From contig JAJDDT010000116.1 in the NCBI GenBank assembly GCA_029260165.1, positions 1 through 64,000 of the forward strand: 64,000 nt of DNA. Direction: 5' to 3'. Source of the stretch: Phycisphaerae bacterium (GTDB taxonomy: Bacteria; Planctomycetota; Phycisphaerae; UBA1845). Below the pieces are notes generated by a model. The model was given only the letters and a program-made list of their open reading frames with translations. It was not told the DNA's origin and did not search any database. A program made the translations under genes and the position numbers. Position 1 is the stretch's first letter, and each line of letters begins with the position of its first letter. This document shows positions 38,634 through 48,910 of this stretch, one piece after another.

Positions 38634-40373
38634 ATGCAGATACTGACAGGAAAAGCCGTTTCTCCTGGAATCGCCATCGCCGAGGCAGTGGTCCTCGATG
38701 CGGAGGAGCTGCGCATTCCGAGGCGGATGGTGACCAAAGACGAGATTCCGGACGAAATCACGGAGCTGGACCACGCCTTTGCCACGTCGATCGAGGAAAT
38801 CGCCACACAACGTGCAGATGTGAAGCTCCAGCTTGGGCATGACGTAGCGGACGTGTTCAACTGGCACATCGGTGTGTTAAAAGACCCAATGCTCCGCAAG
38901 GACATTGTTTCGCTGATGGAGGAGCGGAACTATTCGGCTGCCTACGCGGTCAGCACGGTCATGCGCGGGTTACAGCGTCGCTTTATGCAGATGAAAGACC
39001 CGCTGTTGGCTGAACGCATGCGCGATGTTCAGGACATCGAGCGTCGTTTGTTGCGAAATGTGCTCGGCAAGTCAGCCGAGGATATTTCCCATCTTTCCCA
39101 GGAAGCCATTCTGGTCACGCACGATTTGACGACGTCGCAGACGGCGAGGCTTTCGAGCACGAAAATCATCGGTGTCGCGCTGGACGTGGGTGGCGCGACC
39201 TCCCATACCGCCATCCTGCTGCGATCGTGGGGTAAACCGGCTGTTCTGGGGTTGAAAAACCTGTCGTCGCACGTCAGCGGGGGTGACACGGTGATCGTGG
39301 ACGGGTTGAACCACATGGTGGTGGCTGACCCGGATGAAGCGACACTGGAAGATTATCGATCGAAGCGTGCGAGCTTCGTGAAGCTGATTGATGCGCTCGA
39401 CGAGTTGCGTGATCTTCCTGCCGTCACGACGGAAGGGGTTCGCATCGAGTTGCTGGGGAACATCGAGTACCCGGCTGAGGCTGCTGCGAGTATGGAGAAG
39501 GGTGCGGACGGAATCGGTCTTTATCGCACGGAATTCCTGTTTTTGGGGGATGAGGATCCGGACGAGGAGGAGCAGTTCGAGGCTTATTGCAAGACGATCG
39601 CGGGGGCGAACGGGAATCAGGTGACGGTTCGCACGTTTGATCTGGGGGCAGACAAGATTACACAAAACAAGCATTTTGAGCCGGAGCGGAACCCGATGTT
39701 GGGGAATCGGTCGATTCGGTACAGTTTGCAGCATCTGGAGATGTTCAAGGTGCAGTTGCGGGCGATTCTGCGGGCTGCGCGGACGGGGAATGTGCGGGTG
39801 ATGTTCCCGCTGTTGACGACGTTGATGGAGCTTCGTCAGGCGAAAATGACGCTTTTTGACGCAATGGAGGACCTTGAGGAGACTGGGGTTCGGTTTGGGC
39901 GCGATCTGGACATTGGGATGATGATGGAGACGCCCGCGGCTGCGAGTCAGTGTCGTGAGTTCGTTCGTGAGGTGAAATTTGTCAGTATTGGTACAAACGA
40001 CCTGATTCAGTACCTTTTGGCGACGGATCGGGGCAATGAGCGGGTGTCGCGGTACTACACGGCGAGCCATCCGGCGGTGCTCCGGACGATTCGTGACGTG
40101 ATTCGGACTTGTGCGAAGGCGGGGGTTGACTGTAGTCTATGTGGTGAGATGGCTGGTGAACCGATTTATGCGATGTTGCTGATCGGGTTGGGGCTGCGAA
40201 AGTTATCGATGGCTCCTAATAATATACCAGAGATCAAGAAGCTGATTCGTGCGTGCAGTTTGAAGAAAGCTGAGCGGGTAGCCAAGCGGGCATTGACGTT
40301 CGAGACGGACGCTCAGGTGACGAATTATCTTCGTGCGGAAACGAAAAAGCTCCTTCCGGACGATCCGATCTAG
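38634..40373 (+). CDS. ptsI: phosphoenolpyruvate-protein phosphotransferase (PTS enzyme I)
   Basis: It has an N-terminal HPr-binding domain and the GGATSHTAILLRSWGKPAVLG His region. The C-terminus has the PEP-utilising TIM barrel (GTNDLIQY, CGEMAG). Confidence 0.9.
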   Translation: MQILTGKAVSPGIAIAEAVVLDAEELRIPRRMVTKDEIPDEITELDHAFATSIEEIATQRADVKLQLGHDVADVFNWHIGVLKDPMLRKDIVSLMEERNYSAAYAVSTVMRGLQRRFMQMKDPLLAERMRDVQDIERRLLRNVLGKSAEDISHLSQEAILVTHDLTTSQTARLSSTKIIGVALDVGGATSHTAILLRSWGKPAVLGLKNLSSHVSGGDTVIVDGLNHMVVADPDEATLEDYRSKRASFVKLIDALDELRDLPAVTTEGVRIELLGNIEYPAEAAASMEKGADGIGLYRTEFLFLGDEDPDEEEQFEAYCKTIAGANGNQVTVRTFDLGADKITQNKHFEPERNPMLGNRSIRYSLQHLEMFKVQLRAILRAARTGNVRVMFPLLTTLMELRQAKMTLFDAMEDLEETGVRFGRDLDIGMMMETPAAASQCREFVREVKFVSIGTNDLIQYLLATDRGNERVSRYYTASHPAVLRTIRDVIRTCAKAGVDCSLCGEMAGEPIYAMLLIGLGLRKLSMAPNNIPEIKKLIRACSLKKAERVAKRALTFETDAQVTNYLRAETKKLLPDDPI

Positions 40374-40490
40374 CGGATTGGCTGTCTGGGAATGGGCGGA
40401 GTTGACGATATTAGACGTAGCGGCCTGTTGTGGGAGCACCGGGCTGCTTTGTGACAAGATTTTGAAAGTCGGCAACCAGGCGGCAACAGG

Positions 40491-41141
40491 ATAGCAGAAG
40501 AACATTTTCGCGGTGCAATTGATTTCGCCATTGATGGCGACCTCCGTTTCCTGTCTCATCAGGAGACGGTACGGATGCTTACCCGGGCGTTGGTCCGGGC
40601 TGAGGTACCGGTACGGTATTCGCAGGGTTTTAATCCTCACGCACGAATTTCGCTCCCATTGCCCCGTTCTGTTGGCGTCGCTTCCGAAGTGGAGCGAATG
40701 CTGGTCGAGTTGACTGAGTTTGTCAGTCCCGACGAGTTGATCCGCCGCCTGGCCGAACAAATGCCCACAGGTGTGACAATGCGCCGAGCACGGATGCTTG
40801 AGGCGGGAGAGTTGTCCATACCGCGACTGGTACGATACAGCGTGCAGACGGCAGGGGTTGATCCTGTCGAACTGGGTGCCCGAGCGAAGCAACTGTTGCA
40901 GTTTGAACCGATTCACCACGATCGCTTCGTTCACAGCTCGAACCAGACGCGTCGGATTGATCTGCGACCTTACCTCGACACGATCGAGGTTGCGGGGGAT
41001 CACACCTGTTTTTCAATTCACGTGACCGGCGGCGGATCGGTCAAGCCTTCAGAGGTTTGCGACGTGATGGGCATCGGTTCGGAACACACCGCGCATATGA
41101 TCCGCCGTTTGGAGGTAACATGGCAATCAAGGCGAATGTGA
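40491..41141 (+). CDS. DUF2344 / TIGR03936 'radical-SAM-linked' protein (start uncertain)
   Basis: It has the YSQGFNPHARISL motif. The conserved N-terminus (GDLRFLSHQETVRM) extends upstream of the first ATG (40575), and no ATG, GTG or TTG exists before the in-frame stop at 40452. Confidence 0.55.
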   Translation: MAEEHFRGAIDFAIDGDLRFLSHQETVRMLTRALVRAEVPVRYSQGFNPHARISLPLPRSVGVASEVERMLVELTEFVSPDELIRRLAEQMPTGVTMRRARMLEAGELSIPRLVRYSVQTAGVDPVELGARAKQLLQFEPIHHDRFVHSSNQTRRIDLRPYLDTIEVAGDHTCFSIHVTGGGSVKPSEVCDVMGIGSEHTAHMIRRLEVTWQSRRM

Positions 41142-43426
41142 ACGGTCCGGACAGCGGAGATCCGCTGCCCTGGCCTGGTGATTCTGTTTCGGGATCGGTA
41201 CCAAGGGTGCGTCGGTCTGTTTCGGGATCGGGTTCTTCGCGCGTGAAGGCGGTTGAGGCGAGCGAAGTTTCGTCGGGTTCGGCGAGTGCGACGTCTCAAA
41301 TGGTCGGGTCTCGATCATCGTCGTCCCCGGGTCGTCGATCTTCGGGTTCGACGGGTGAAAAGAAGCCGGGGGGGCGCAGACCCGGGCGAAAAAAGGTGTC
41401 CACGTCATCCGCGTTCTCGTCGTCAGGTTCGGCGTCGTCAACATCGACGTCATCAACAACGACACAGAAGACGGCCAAGCCATCCTCGCGACGGGCGGGG
41501 ACTGCGGCGAAAAAGACCGCAAAGCCCAGGTCGGCGGCGTCTGATTCCAAGGCGAAGACAGCCAGGACGACCAGGAGATCTGCGGGGGCCAAGGGAGGTC
41601 CGAAGCGTGTGAAGCGTACGACTGCGAAACCCACATCGAAGGCAACCGGGGAGCTGAAATCGGCGGAGAAACCGGTTGCGACGTCCGCGACCGGCAGGAA
41701 GTCTGCGGCGCGCACGGACAGGTCATCGCGTGAGTCATACGACGATTCCGGGACACGATTCCGATACGAGCCTGACTCTGATCGAACCGTTGTTACCGAA
41801 TATGTGGAACCTGCGGATCGCGAATCTGTTGGGAAAGCGGAATCCCGGGTTCCGGCGCCTGTGGTGACCCCTGCGCTGGCTCGTGGTGGTCGTCAGATGT
41901 TGATCAACGCGTCGTCGGGCGAGGAGTGTCGCATTTCGATTGTCCACGAACGTCGTCTGGAAGAGATTTTCATCGAGCGTCAGAGTGCGGTGTCGCATGT
42001 GGGCAATATCTACAAGGGTATTGTGACGAACGTCGAGGCGGGGATTCAGGCGGCGTTTATTGATTTTGGGTTGCCCAAGCATGGTTTTCTGCACATTTCG
42101 GATGTTCAGCCTCAGTATTTTGGTGATCGTCCGATGGAGCCTGAGGGGGTGGGTCAGAAGACGCCAAGGCGTGAAAGACCGCCGATTCAGAAGTGTTTTC
42201 GTCGTGGTCAGGAAGTGATCGTGCAGGTGACGAAGGAGGGTCTCGGGACCAAAGGCCCGACGTTGAGCACCTATCTTTCGATTCCGGGTCGATTTCTGGT
42301 GATGATGCCCGGGATGGCGAAGCTCGGTGTGTCGCGGAAGATCATCGACGAGGATGTTCGTCGGAAAATGCGTTCGGTGCTGGATGAATTGAAGCTGCCG
42401 AAGAGCATCGGGTTCATTCTTCGCACAGCCGGTCAGGATCGCAACAAGCGTGAGCTTCAGCGTGACTTGAATTATTTGATCCGTCTCTGGAAGATGGTGT
42501 CGTCGCGTGTTCGGGCGGCCAAGGCACCTGCGGAGTTGTATCGCGAGTCTGATCTGGTCGTTCGGACGTTGCGTGATGTTTTCACGCCGGAGTTTGACCA
42601 GATTATTGTGGATTCGCCGGCGACGTCGGAACGGGTTCGGGACTTTCTTCGGATCGCGACACCGAGGACGCCTCAGAAGATTGTGCAGGCGTATCAATCG
42701 CCGGTTCCGATTTTTCATCATTATGGTATCGAGCAGCAGATCGAGGCGATTCATTCGCGGCATGTACCGTTGCCGTCGGGTGGTAGTCTGGTGATCGAGT
42801 CGACCGAGGCGATGGTGACGATCGACGTGAACAGTGGTCGTTTGAAGAATTCGGATGATGAGGAGGGGACCGCGTATCAGACGAATGTGGAGGCTGCTTC
42901 GGAGATTGCGAGGCAGTTGCGGTTGCGTGACCTTGGCGGATTGATCGTTTGCGATTTTATCGACATGCGGTTTGACCGTCACAAGCGTTCGATTGAGAAG
43001 GCGCTTCGCGATGAGTTGAAGATACACAAGGAGCGTGCGCGGATTTTGCGGATGAGCCAGTTTGGTTTGATTGAGATGACGCGTCAGCGTCAGGGGCCTT
43101 CGATCAAGCGCGGGGTGTACAACGACTGTCCGCACTGCAAGGGCAGCGGGTTGGTGAAATCGCCGGAGTCGATGACGCTGCACGTTATTCGCAATATTCA
43201 GATGGCGTTGCATCGCGGTGATGTGGAGCGATTGCGGGTGCAGGTTGCGCCCGATGTGGCGTATCAGTTGCAGAATCGCAAGCGTGGGACGTTGTTCCAG
43301 CTTGAGCAGGATACGGGCAAGGAGATCGTGATCGCACCGAATGCGGAGTATGTGTGGGATCAGCAGAGGTACGACGCCGAGGACAGTCGGGGTCGTGTGT
43401 CGCAGATTTACGACGAGCGTATGTAG
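41120..43426 (+). CDS. RNase E/G family ribonuclease with ~280-aa N-terminal Ser/Arg/Lys-rich disordered extension
   Basis: GGAGG lies upstream of ATG 41120. An S1 domain (GNIYKGIVTNVEAGIQAAFIDFG) is followed by the catalytic core (DVNSGR) and a Zn-link CPHC. Confidence 0.9.
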   Translation: MAIKANVNGPDSGDPLPWPGDSVSGSVPRVRRSVSGSGSSRVKAVEASEVSSGSASATSQMVGSRSSSSPGRRSSGSTGEKKPGGRRPGRKKVSTSSAFSSSGSASSTSTSSTTTQKTAKPSSRRAGTAAKKTAKPRSAASDSKAKTARTTRRSAGAKGGPKRVKRTTAKPTSKATGELKSAEKPVATSATGRKSAARTDRSSRESYDDSGTRFRYEPDSDRTVVTEYVEPADRESVGKAESRVPAPVVTPALARGGRQMLINASSGEECRISIVHERRLEEIFIERQSAVSHVGNIYKGIVTNVEAGIQAAFIDFGLPKHGFLHISDVQPQYFGDRPMEPEGVGQKTPRRERPPIQKCFRRGQEVIVQVTKEGLGTKGPTLSTYLSIPGRFLVMMPGMAKLGVSRKIIDEDVRRKMRSVLDELKLPKSIGFILRTAGQDRNKRELQRDLNYLIRLWKMVSSRVRAAKAPAELYRESDLVVRTLRDVFTPEFDQIIVDSPATSERVRDFLRIATPRTPQKIVQAYQSPVPIFHHYGIEQQIEAIHSRHVPLPSGGSLVIESTEAMVTIDVNSGRLKNSDDEEGTAYQTNVEAASEIARQLRLRDLGGLIVCDFIDMRFDRHKRSIEKALRDELKIHKERARILRMSQFGLIEMTRQRQGPSIKRGVYNDCPHCKGSGLVKSPESMTLHVIRNIQMALHRGDVERLRVQVAPDVAYQLQNRKRGTLFQLEQDTGKEIVIAPNAEYVWDQQRYDAEDSRGRVSQIYDERM

Positions 43427-43565
43427 CCCTTTTGCGATTGGCTGACAGGGATTGGCATGCCGCATGCTCGGGGATAGCATGTGGCATGTTTTTTGCGCGG
43501 ATTTTTCCCGTGGGCGGTGGATCGCCGACGCGGGTCCGCGTATTGGTGAAAGGATGTTTGGTGCG

Positions 43566-44816
43566 ATGTCCGAGTTGAATCCGTTTAAGATTGCCCAGGC
43601 TCAGTTGGATGAGGCGGCGAAGATATTGGGTCTTGATCAGGCGACGCATGATTTTTTGCGTTGGCCTATGCGTGAGTATCGGTTCACGATTCCGTTGCGG
43701 TTGGATAACGGGTCGACGAAGGTGTATCATGCCTATCGCGTGCAGTACAACTCGGCGCGTGGACCGACGAAGGGCGGTCTGCGGTGGCATCCGGATGAGA
43801 CGATTGACACGGTTCGGGCGCTGGCTGCCTGGATGACGTGGAAGACGGCGGTCGTGGATATTCCGTTGGGCGGTGGTAAGGGTGGGGTGACCTGCAATCC
43901 GAAGGAGTTGTCGAACGCGGAGAAGGAGCGATTGGCGAGGGGGTATATTCGGACGGCTGCTCAGTTTCTGGCGGTGGATAAGGATGTGCCTGCGCCGGAT
44001 GTTTACACGACGCCTCAGATTATGGCGTGGATGATGGACGAGTATGAGGTAATCAAGGGTCACTCGCATCCGGGGGTGATCACGGGCAAGCCTATTCCGC
44101 TGGGTGGAAGCCAGGGTCGTGGTGATGCGACGGCGCGGGGTGGTGTTTATGTCGTGCGTGAGGCGGCCAGGGCGCGTGGGGTTGATGCGGGTTCGGCGTC
44201 GTATGCGATTCAGGGATTTGGTAACGCCGGACAATTTGCGGCGACGCTGCATCCGGAGATTCTCGGTGGTGGGAAGCTGGTGGCGGTGAGCGATTCGGGT
44301 GGTGGTGTTTACAGCAAGAACGGGATCGATCCTGACAAGATGGTGCATCACAAGCAGGAGACGGGTCGGGTGGCGGGGTTCCCCGGGACCGAGCCTGTCA
44401 GCAACGAAGAGCTGATGGAACTGGATGTGGATATTCTGTACCCGGCTGCATTGGAGAATGTGATTACAGAGGACAACGCCGGGAATATCAAGGCGAAGAT
44501 TGTGTGTGAGTTGGCCAACGGTCCGACGACGCCTGAGGGGGATCGGATTCTGCATGATAAAGGCGTGTTTGTGTTGCCGGATTTCCTGGCGAATGCGGGC
44601 GGTGTGACGGTGTCGTATTTCGAGCAGGTTCAGAACACATACAACTACTATTGGACGCTGGGTGATGTGCATAGTCAGTTGGATCGTCGCATGACGGACG
44701 CATTCAAAGGGGTGTATGCGATTTGTCAGAAGGAAAAGATTCACATGCGATTGGCGGCGTATATGGTGTCGGTGTCGCGTGTGGCAGAGGCGTGCAAACT
44801 GCGTGGGTGGGTTTAG
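43566..44816 (+). CDS. gdhA: glutamate dehydrogenase (Glu/Leu/Phe/Val dehydrogenase family)
   Basis: It has the GGGKGG motif and the catalytic K region, plus a C-terminal Rossmann fold GFGNAG. Confidence 0.9.
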   Translation: MSELNPFKIAQAQLDEAAKILGLDQATHDFLRWPMREYRFTIPLRLDNGSTKVYHAYRVQYNSARGPTKGGLRWHPDETIDTVRALAAWMTWKTAVVDIPLGGGKGGVTCNPKELSNAEKERLARGYIRTAAQFLAVDKDVPAPDVYTTPQIMAWMMDEYEVIKGHSHPGVITGKPIPLGGSQGRGDATARGGVYVVREAARARGVDAGSASYAIQGFGNAGQFAATLHPEILGGGKLVAVSDSGGGVYSKNGIDPDKMVHHKQETGRVAGFPGTEPVSNEELMELDVDILYPAALENVITEDNAGNIKAKIVCELANGPTTPEGDRILHDKGVFVLPDFLANAGGVTVSYFEQVQNTYNYYWTLGDVHSQLDRRMTDAFKGVYAICQKEKIHMRLAAYMVSVSRVAEACKLRGWV

Positions 44817-44867
44817 CGGAACCGGGGTGATTGGCCTGCGGGTTGGCCCGGTTGTTGACCAAAAAAT

Positions 44868-46214
44868 TTAGTCGTCGAGCAGGTTTTGTTCGATGAGGAA
44901 ATCGTGGATGATTTGGGCTGCCAGTTGGTGGCCTTTTTCATTCCAGTGGCCTATGCCGGGTCTTTTGAAGCCGTGCAGGTGTTCGCCTGTCCTTCGATGC
45001 TGTTGCAGAAACGGGTCGGCTAGGGAAATGTGGATGATGTTGTTTGTGGCCAGGAAGCTGGACAGGCGTCTTTCGGGATAGTCGCAGTCAAGGTCAGGGC
45101 GTATTTTTCGGAAATGATCGCGAGCAGCGGGGCAAACCTGCTGGGTGCTGCCCTGAATGACGGCTATGAAGGGGATACCGCGGAGGTCGCAGCGTGATTT
45201 CATGTCCAGCAATATTGCCTGGGTGACGGGCCATGCCTGTGCCCAGTCGTCGGGCGGATTCGGGTTGAAGATATTCAGGTCGCGCTCGGTGCCGGTATAG
45301 AATTGTGCGAGATCGGCGACGGGGGAGGTGGCGCGTTCGCGCTGCATGACTGTGCGAAGTGCTTCGGTGGCGAGTCCCGCCAATCGGACATTGGACGCGA
45401 TCCATGTAACGGCGCGCCACAGTCGGCTGTCGGGACTTCGGAGGTCGCGATTCCGGTCGTCGCCTGTGCGGAAGCTGTCATCCAGGACGAGTTCTCCATT
45501 TTTGTTCGGGAGCAGGAAAGGTCTCGCGATTCGGCTGAGGCTGGGGTGATTGTCGCGGATGTCGTTTGTGCAGGTGATGCTGAGGATGACCAGATCGGGA
45601 TCGAACGGAATGACGAAATGTTCGAGGCGTTGGTGCTCCTGGGCGGTGGAAAAGCCGTTCATGCCGAAGTTGAGAACCTCGCAGGCGATGGGGCTGTCGT
45701 TGTTGAGGCGCGATTCGAGTTGTTCTGTGACGGCGTCTTCAATCGCAACCTGGCGGGCTTCAACATAGGAATCGCCGAGCATGGCGATGCGAAACACACC
45801 GGGCGGTTTTTCGAGGGTTGTTTCGCTGTCGCGGAAACCGAGGGAGTTGATGCGAACGATGGCGTGTCCTTCGGAGTCGTGCATGAGCGTTCGGTTGGGA
45901 AGGTGCGTGTAGCCCGTGTGCGGGTCGGACATGACGATGATGCCGCCCTTGTGGATACCGAGGATGCGCAGGCTGATCTCGGCCAACAGCATCGAGCCGG
46001 TCATCAGAATCGTGACAGCCAGGAGTTTGAATCGCCGGGAGAAACGTGGGTGGGGTTGGTTTGGCTCGTCCGACCGGGATGATGTCGGTGTTCGTTCTCT
46101 TTGCGCCCGTTTCAATTTGACGATTCTCATTTGAATTTCACGTCTGCTCATTTCGAGCGCCGGATCCGGGAGCATATCGTCATTGGCAGTCCGTTGAAAC
46201 AGAACCATACTCAA
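44868..46214 (-). CDS. membrane-anchored SGNH/GDSL-like hydrolase family protein
   Basis: It has a transmembrane helix, then IAMLGDSYV (a GDS block) and later DxxH-like residues. Confidence 0.6.
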   Translation of the reverse strand: MSMVLFQRTANDDMLPDPALEMSRREIQMRIVKLKRAQRERTPTSSRSDEPNQPHPRFSRRFKLLAVTILMTGSMLLAEISLRILGIHKGGIIVMSDPHTGYTHLPNRTLMHDSEGHAIVRINSLGFRDSETTLEKPPGVFRIAMLGDSYVEARQVAIEDAVTEQLESRLNNDSPIACEVLNFGMNGFSTAQEHQRLEHFVIPFDPDLVILSITCTNDIRDNHPSLSRIARPFLLPNKNGELVLDDSFRTGDDRNRDLRSPDSRLWRAVTWIASNVRLAGLATEALRTVMQRERATSPVADLAQFYTGTERDLNIFNPNPPDDWAQAWPVTQAILLDMKSRCDLRGIPFIAVIQGSTQQVCPAARDHFRKIRPDLDCDYPERRLSSFLATNNIIHISLADPFLQQHRRTGEHLHGFKRPGIGHWNEKGHQLAAQIIHDFLIEQNLLDD

Positions 46215-46408
46215 CAGGCTCTTGTGGCCGCGTGAGGAACATGGCGCAATGTGTTACGCGCTATTGCATCGGGGGTTCATCCGTTCTTCGAGCCGATATC
46301 GGTGGCTGATGTCGCGGAATTGGGAAAACCAGGCCAAAAATTGAAGGTTAACAGGACGTATTGAATCGTAACTGATTATGTGACGATAACTTACATCGCG
46401 GTTGCATT

Positions 46409-48043
46409 ATGCCTTGGAAATCGCATAACCGGCGACTAAACTCGGGCCTGTGGATCGGCGAGCCGCCGAAATTGGAACCTGCGGATGAGCGCATCCGTGG
46501 TGTTTTGCAGGAGGGTTTTATGCGCACAGAGACGGTGGTGGTTGGTGTTCTGGGAGGTGTTCTGGGATGGTCTTCTTTTGCCCAGGGTCAGTGGGTGAGT
46601 TTTTCTGACGAGACGGACGGTCGTTTGACGTTGTCATCCCTGATCGACGCTCCGGGGAGCGACCCGTTTGATGACGACGAGGAAAAGGATATTGCGGCAG
46701 CGGATTTCAACCGTGATGGTTGGCTTGACGCGGTGGTTGTTCGCAAGCGTGTTTTTTCAAATCCCGGAGCGCGTCAGGACATTCTCCTGATGAATGAGAA
46801 CGGGGTGCTGGTCGATCGGACGGCGAAGTTTGCCCCTGGATTTCGTCAGACACTGACCGATGCCAGGGCGGTCATTACCGAAGACATGGATGGTGACGGT
46901 TGGCGGGATGTTGTCATCGCCAACACGTTTGATCAGCAGCCATTGTACTATCGCAACCTCGGCAATGATGAGAGCGGGGAGTGGCTTGGGTTGGTCAACG
47001 AGTCGGCTGCCCGGTTTCCGACCATTACGGTTTTGAACCTGACGGGCCCGCGGTTTTGCGCGGTGGCGGCGGGTGACGTCAATGGTGATGGGTCGAACGA
47101 TCTGTTCTTCTCGAACTACAACAACAACCCCAACAGTCTTGCGACAACCGATGTGCTGCTGATCAACGACGGGTCCGGGAACTTTACCGACGAATCAGAC
47201 TCTCGGCTGGGGAATCTGGCGCGTGTGGCGTTTGGTACGGACAGTGCCGTCGTTGACATGGACGGTGATGGGGACAATGACATCGTCAAGATATCGACGG
47301 AGTTTACGATCTCGCCGTTTCCGATCGGAACGTACATCCTGTGGAATGACGGCGCGGGCAATTTTGCAACGTTCGATCCAATCCCCGGCTCGACGATGGA
47401 CTACATGATTGCGGTCGACGATTTCAACGGGGACGACACGATGGACGTCTACATCACCGGAGATTTTCAGGACAGCGTTCACCTGTCCACGCACCACGGA
47501 CCCAATGACGTCTCCTGGCAGTCATTCGCACCAAGCCCGTCGCTGCGAACGACCAATTTCGGCGGCAACACCAAGGCGGCGGACATCGACAATGATGGTG
47601 ATCCTGATATCGGGTTGGCACCGGTGGATGTGGACGTAGCCAACTGCAACTCGGGACCGAATCTGGGAGAATTCGCCTTGCTTCGCAATGATGGAACGGG
47701 GCGCTTTTCGGACCCGTTTGGTGCGGACCAGAACATTCAACTCAGGCCTCACGACTTCGTTTTTGCGGATGTCAATAACGACAACTGCCTGGATGTATTC
47801 ATGGGTCTTTGTACTGGTTGGCGTGTTTTTGTGCAGCAGAACTGCCCGGTGTACTCAGCCGCGGATTTCAATCTCGACGGTACAGCCAACACGTTTGACG
47901 CGGCGTCCTGGTTCGATTGTTTCACGGGTCCGGGCAATGGCCCGCCAATGGATGGTTGCCACCGCGCCGACTTCGATCGTGACAACGACATCGATTTCGC
48001 CGACTTCGGTTCAATGCAGCCGTTGCTGACCGACGCACCCTGA
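46409..48043 (+). CDS. secreted FG-GAP/integrin-alpha-like beta-propeller repeat protein with C-terminal dockerin-like repeat
   Basis: It has at least seven DxDGDGxxD repeats (DMDGDGWRD, DVNGDGSND, DIDNDGDPD...). The C-terminus is DFDRDNDIDFADF. The start may be at 46527. Confidence 0.75.
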   Translation: MPWKSHNRRLNSGLWIGEPPKLEPADERIRGVLQEGFMRTETVVVGVLGGVLGWSSFAQGQWVSFSDETDGRLTLSSLIDAPGSDPFDDDEEKDIAAADFNRDGWLDAVVVRKRVFSNPGARQDILLMNENGVLVDRTAKFAPGFRQTLTDARAVITEDMDGDGWRDVVIANTFDQQPLYYRNLGNDESGEWLGLVNESAARFPTITVLNLTGPRFCAVAAGDVNGDGSNDLFFSNYNNNPNSLATTDVLLINDGSGNFTDESDSRLGNLARVAFGTDSAVVDMDGDGDNDIVKISTEFTISPFPIGTYILWNDGAGNFATFDPIPGSTMDYMIAVDDFNGDDTMDVYITGDFQDSVHLSTHHGPNDVSWQSFAPSPSLRTTNFGGNTKAADIDNDGDPDIGLAPVDVDVANCNSGPNLGEFALLRNDGTGRFSDPFGADQNIQLRPHDFVFADVNNDNCLDVFMGLCTGWRVFVQQNCPVYSAADFNLDGTANTFDAASWFDCFTGPGNGPPMDGCHRADFDRDNDIDFADFGSMQPLLTDAP

Positions 48044-48049
48044 CCGATC
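47998..48049. repeat. left copy of 52-bp direct repeat (3' end of FG-GAP gene)
   Basis: It is 49/52 identical to 49520..49571. Confidence 0.8.
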
Positions 48050-48076
48050 AACCATTTAATTGTCCTGAACCAGTGA

Positions 48077-48123
48077 GGGTTTGGGCGCGCAATGCCAAAA
48101 CCGGCTACCGCGCGCCCAAACCC
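48077..48123. terminator. perfect 14-bp stem hairpin (GGGTTTGGGCGCGC-N19-GCGCGCCCAAACCC)
   Basis: The hairpin is read directly from the sequence. It lies 34 bp after the FG-GAP stop, with no T-tract. Confidence 0.4.
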
Positions 48124-48128
48124 CTCAG

Positions 48129-48200
48129 TAGGGCAGGTGCTCGCACCTGCCGTCACCATAGACGAAGAACCAAACACAATTACCGCATCCCGTGGGGCAG
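48129..48200. repeat. ~70-bp palindrome-containing repeat unit, copy 1 (TAGGGCAGGTGCTCGCACCTGCC + tail)
   Basis: Related copies are at 49086..49157 and 49163..49224. The hairpin core recurs inverted at 48286..48308. Confidence 0.8.
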
Positions 48201-48285
48201 TGCGCGCGCCCGCCGCATAAGGCTGAATCAGGGGAACACACGGGGCGAGACGGTAGTTGCCGCACGCACCGAAGGTGATAGTCTC

Positions 48286-48308
48286 GGCAGGTGCAAGCAC
48301 CTGCCCTA
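48286..48308. repeat. inverted copy of hairpin core GGCAGGTGCAAGCACCTGCCCTA
   Basis: The sequence match is direct. Confidence 0.7.
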
Positions 48309-48313
48309 CCCGG

Positions 48314-48910
48314 CTAAGGATCGTATTCGACGTATGAGCCCATGCGGACGAGGTCACGCTCGCAGGTAGCATCCCAGCCTTCCAACAGGCGATCGTACTC
48401 AGACCAGAATGCGTCGAATTCTCCGTCGATGGTCTCCACCGAGGTATCCTTTTCGATTCCTTGGAATAAAGCCTTTGCCTGCGCCGCAAAGCTCACAATC
48501 TGTTCAGCATAGACCCCCCATGGAATCTGAATCCTAGCGTCATGGAATTTGACCGCTTCCGTAAGATCGTTTGATTCGTATCGGACAACGTTGTCGATGC
48601 AAACAAGCCCGTCTTGATGCCGGACGTCCCAATCAATTCCAATGTCGCAGTGCATCATGAGGATCAATCCGCAGCCGTGAGGGATTAACCGCTCCGCAAC
48701 CCGGTGCTGACTTGTATGCCGAAACTTCAAAGTCCTCAGAAGTCCGAGAGCTGCCTCACTGATGCCATAGCTCCCGGACTCGCCGGGTGATACGCCAACC
48801 GATATTTGCTGTCCACCGATTCGCAGATCAATTTCACCGTGAGAACAAAGATCGTGCCTGGCGTCATTGTCGATCCAGCCCTGCCGCAGAATTCGAATCG
48901 AGAAGTCCAT
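48314..48910 (-). CDS. hypothetical protein, lower-GC cargo of the inserted segment
   Basis: This is a 198-aa ORF with no recognisable motif. Palindromic repeat copies sit at 48129..48308 on its 3' side, and further copies at 49086..49224 lie ~175 bp beyond its 5' end. Confidence 0.5.
   Translation of the reverse strand: MDFSIRILRQGWIDNDARHDLCSHGEIDLRIGGQQISVGVSPGESGSYGISEAALGLLRTLKFRHTSQHRVAERLIPHGCGLILMMHCDIGIDWDVRHQDGLVCIDNVVRYESNDLTEAVKFHDARIQIPWGVYAEQIVSFAAQAKALFQGIEKDTSVETIDGEFDAFWSEYDRLLEGWDATCERDLVRMGSYVEYDP

Noticed and set aside
40513-40713. 66-aa ORF upstream of and overlapping the DUF2344 gene
   Set aside because: It is in a different frame from the conserved DUF2344 N-terminal block, which reads through the same nucleotides.
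41735-44744. 581-aa and 519-aa ORFs antisense to RNase E and gdhA
   Set aside because: They are Arg/His-rich shadow ORFs with no motifs.
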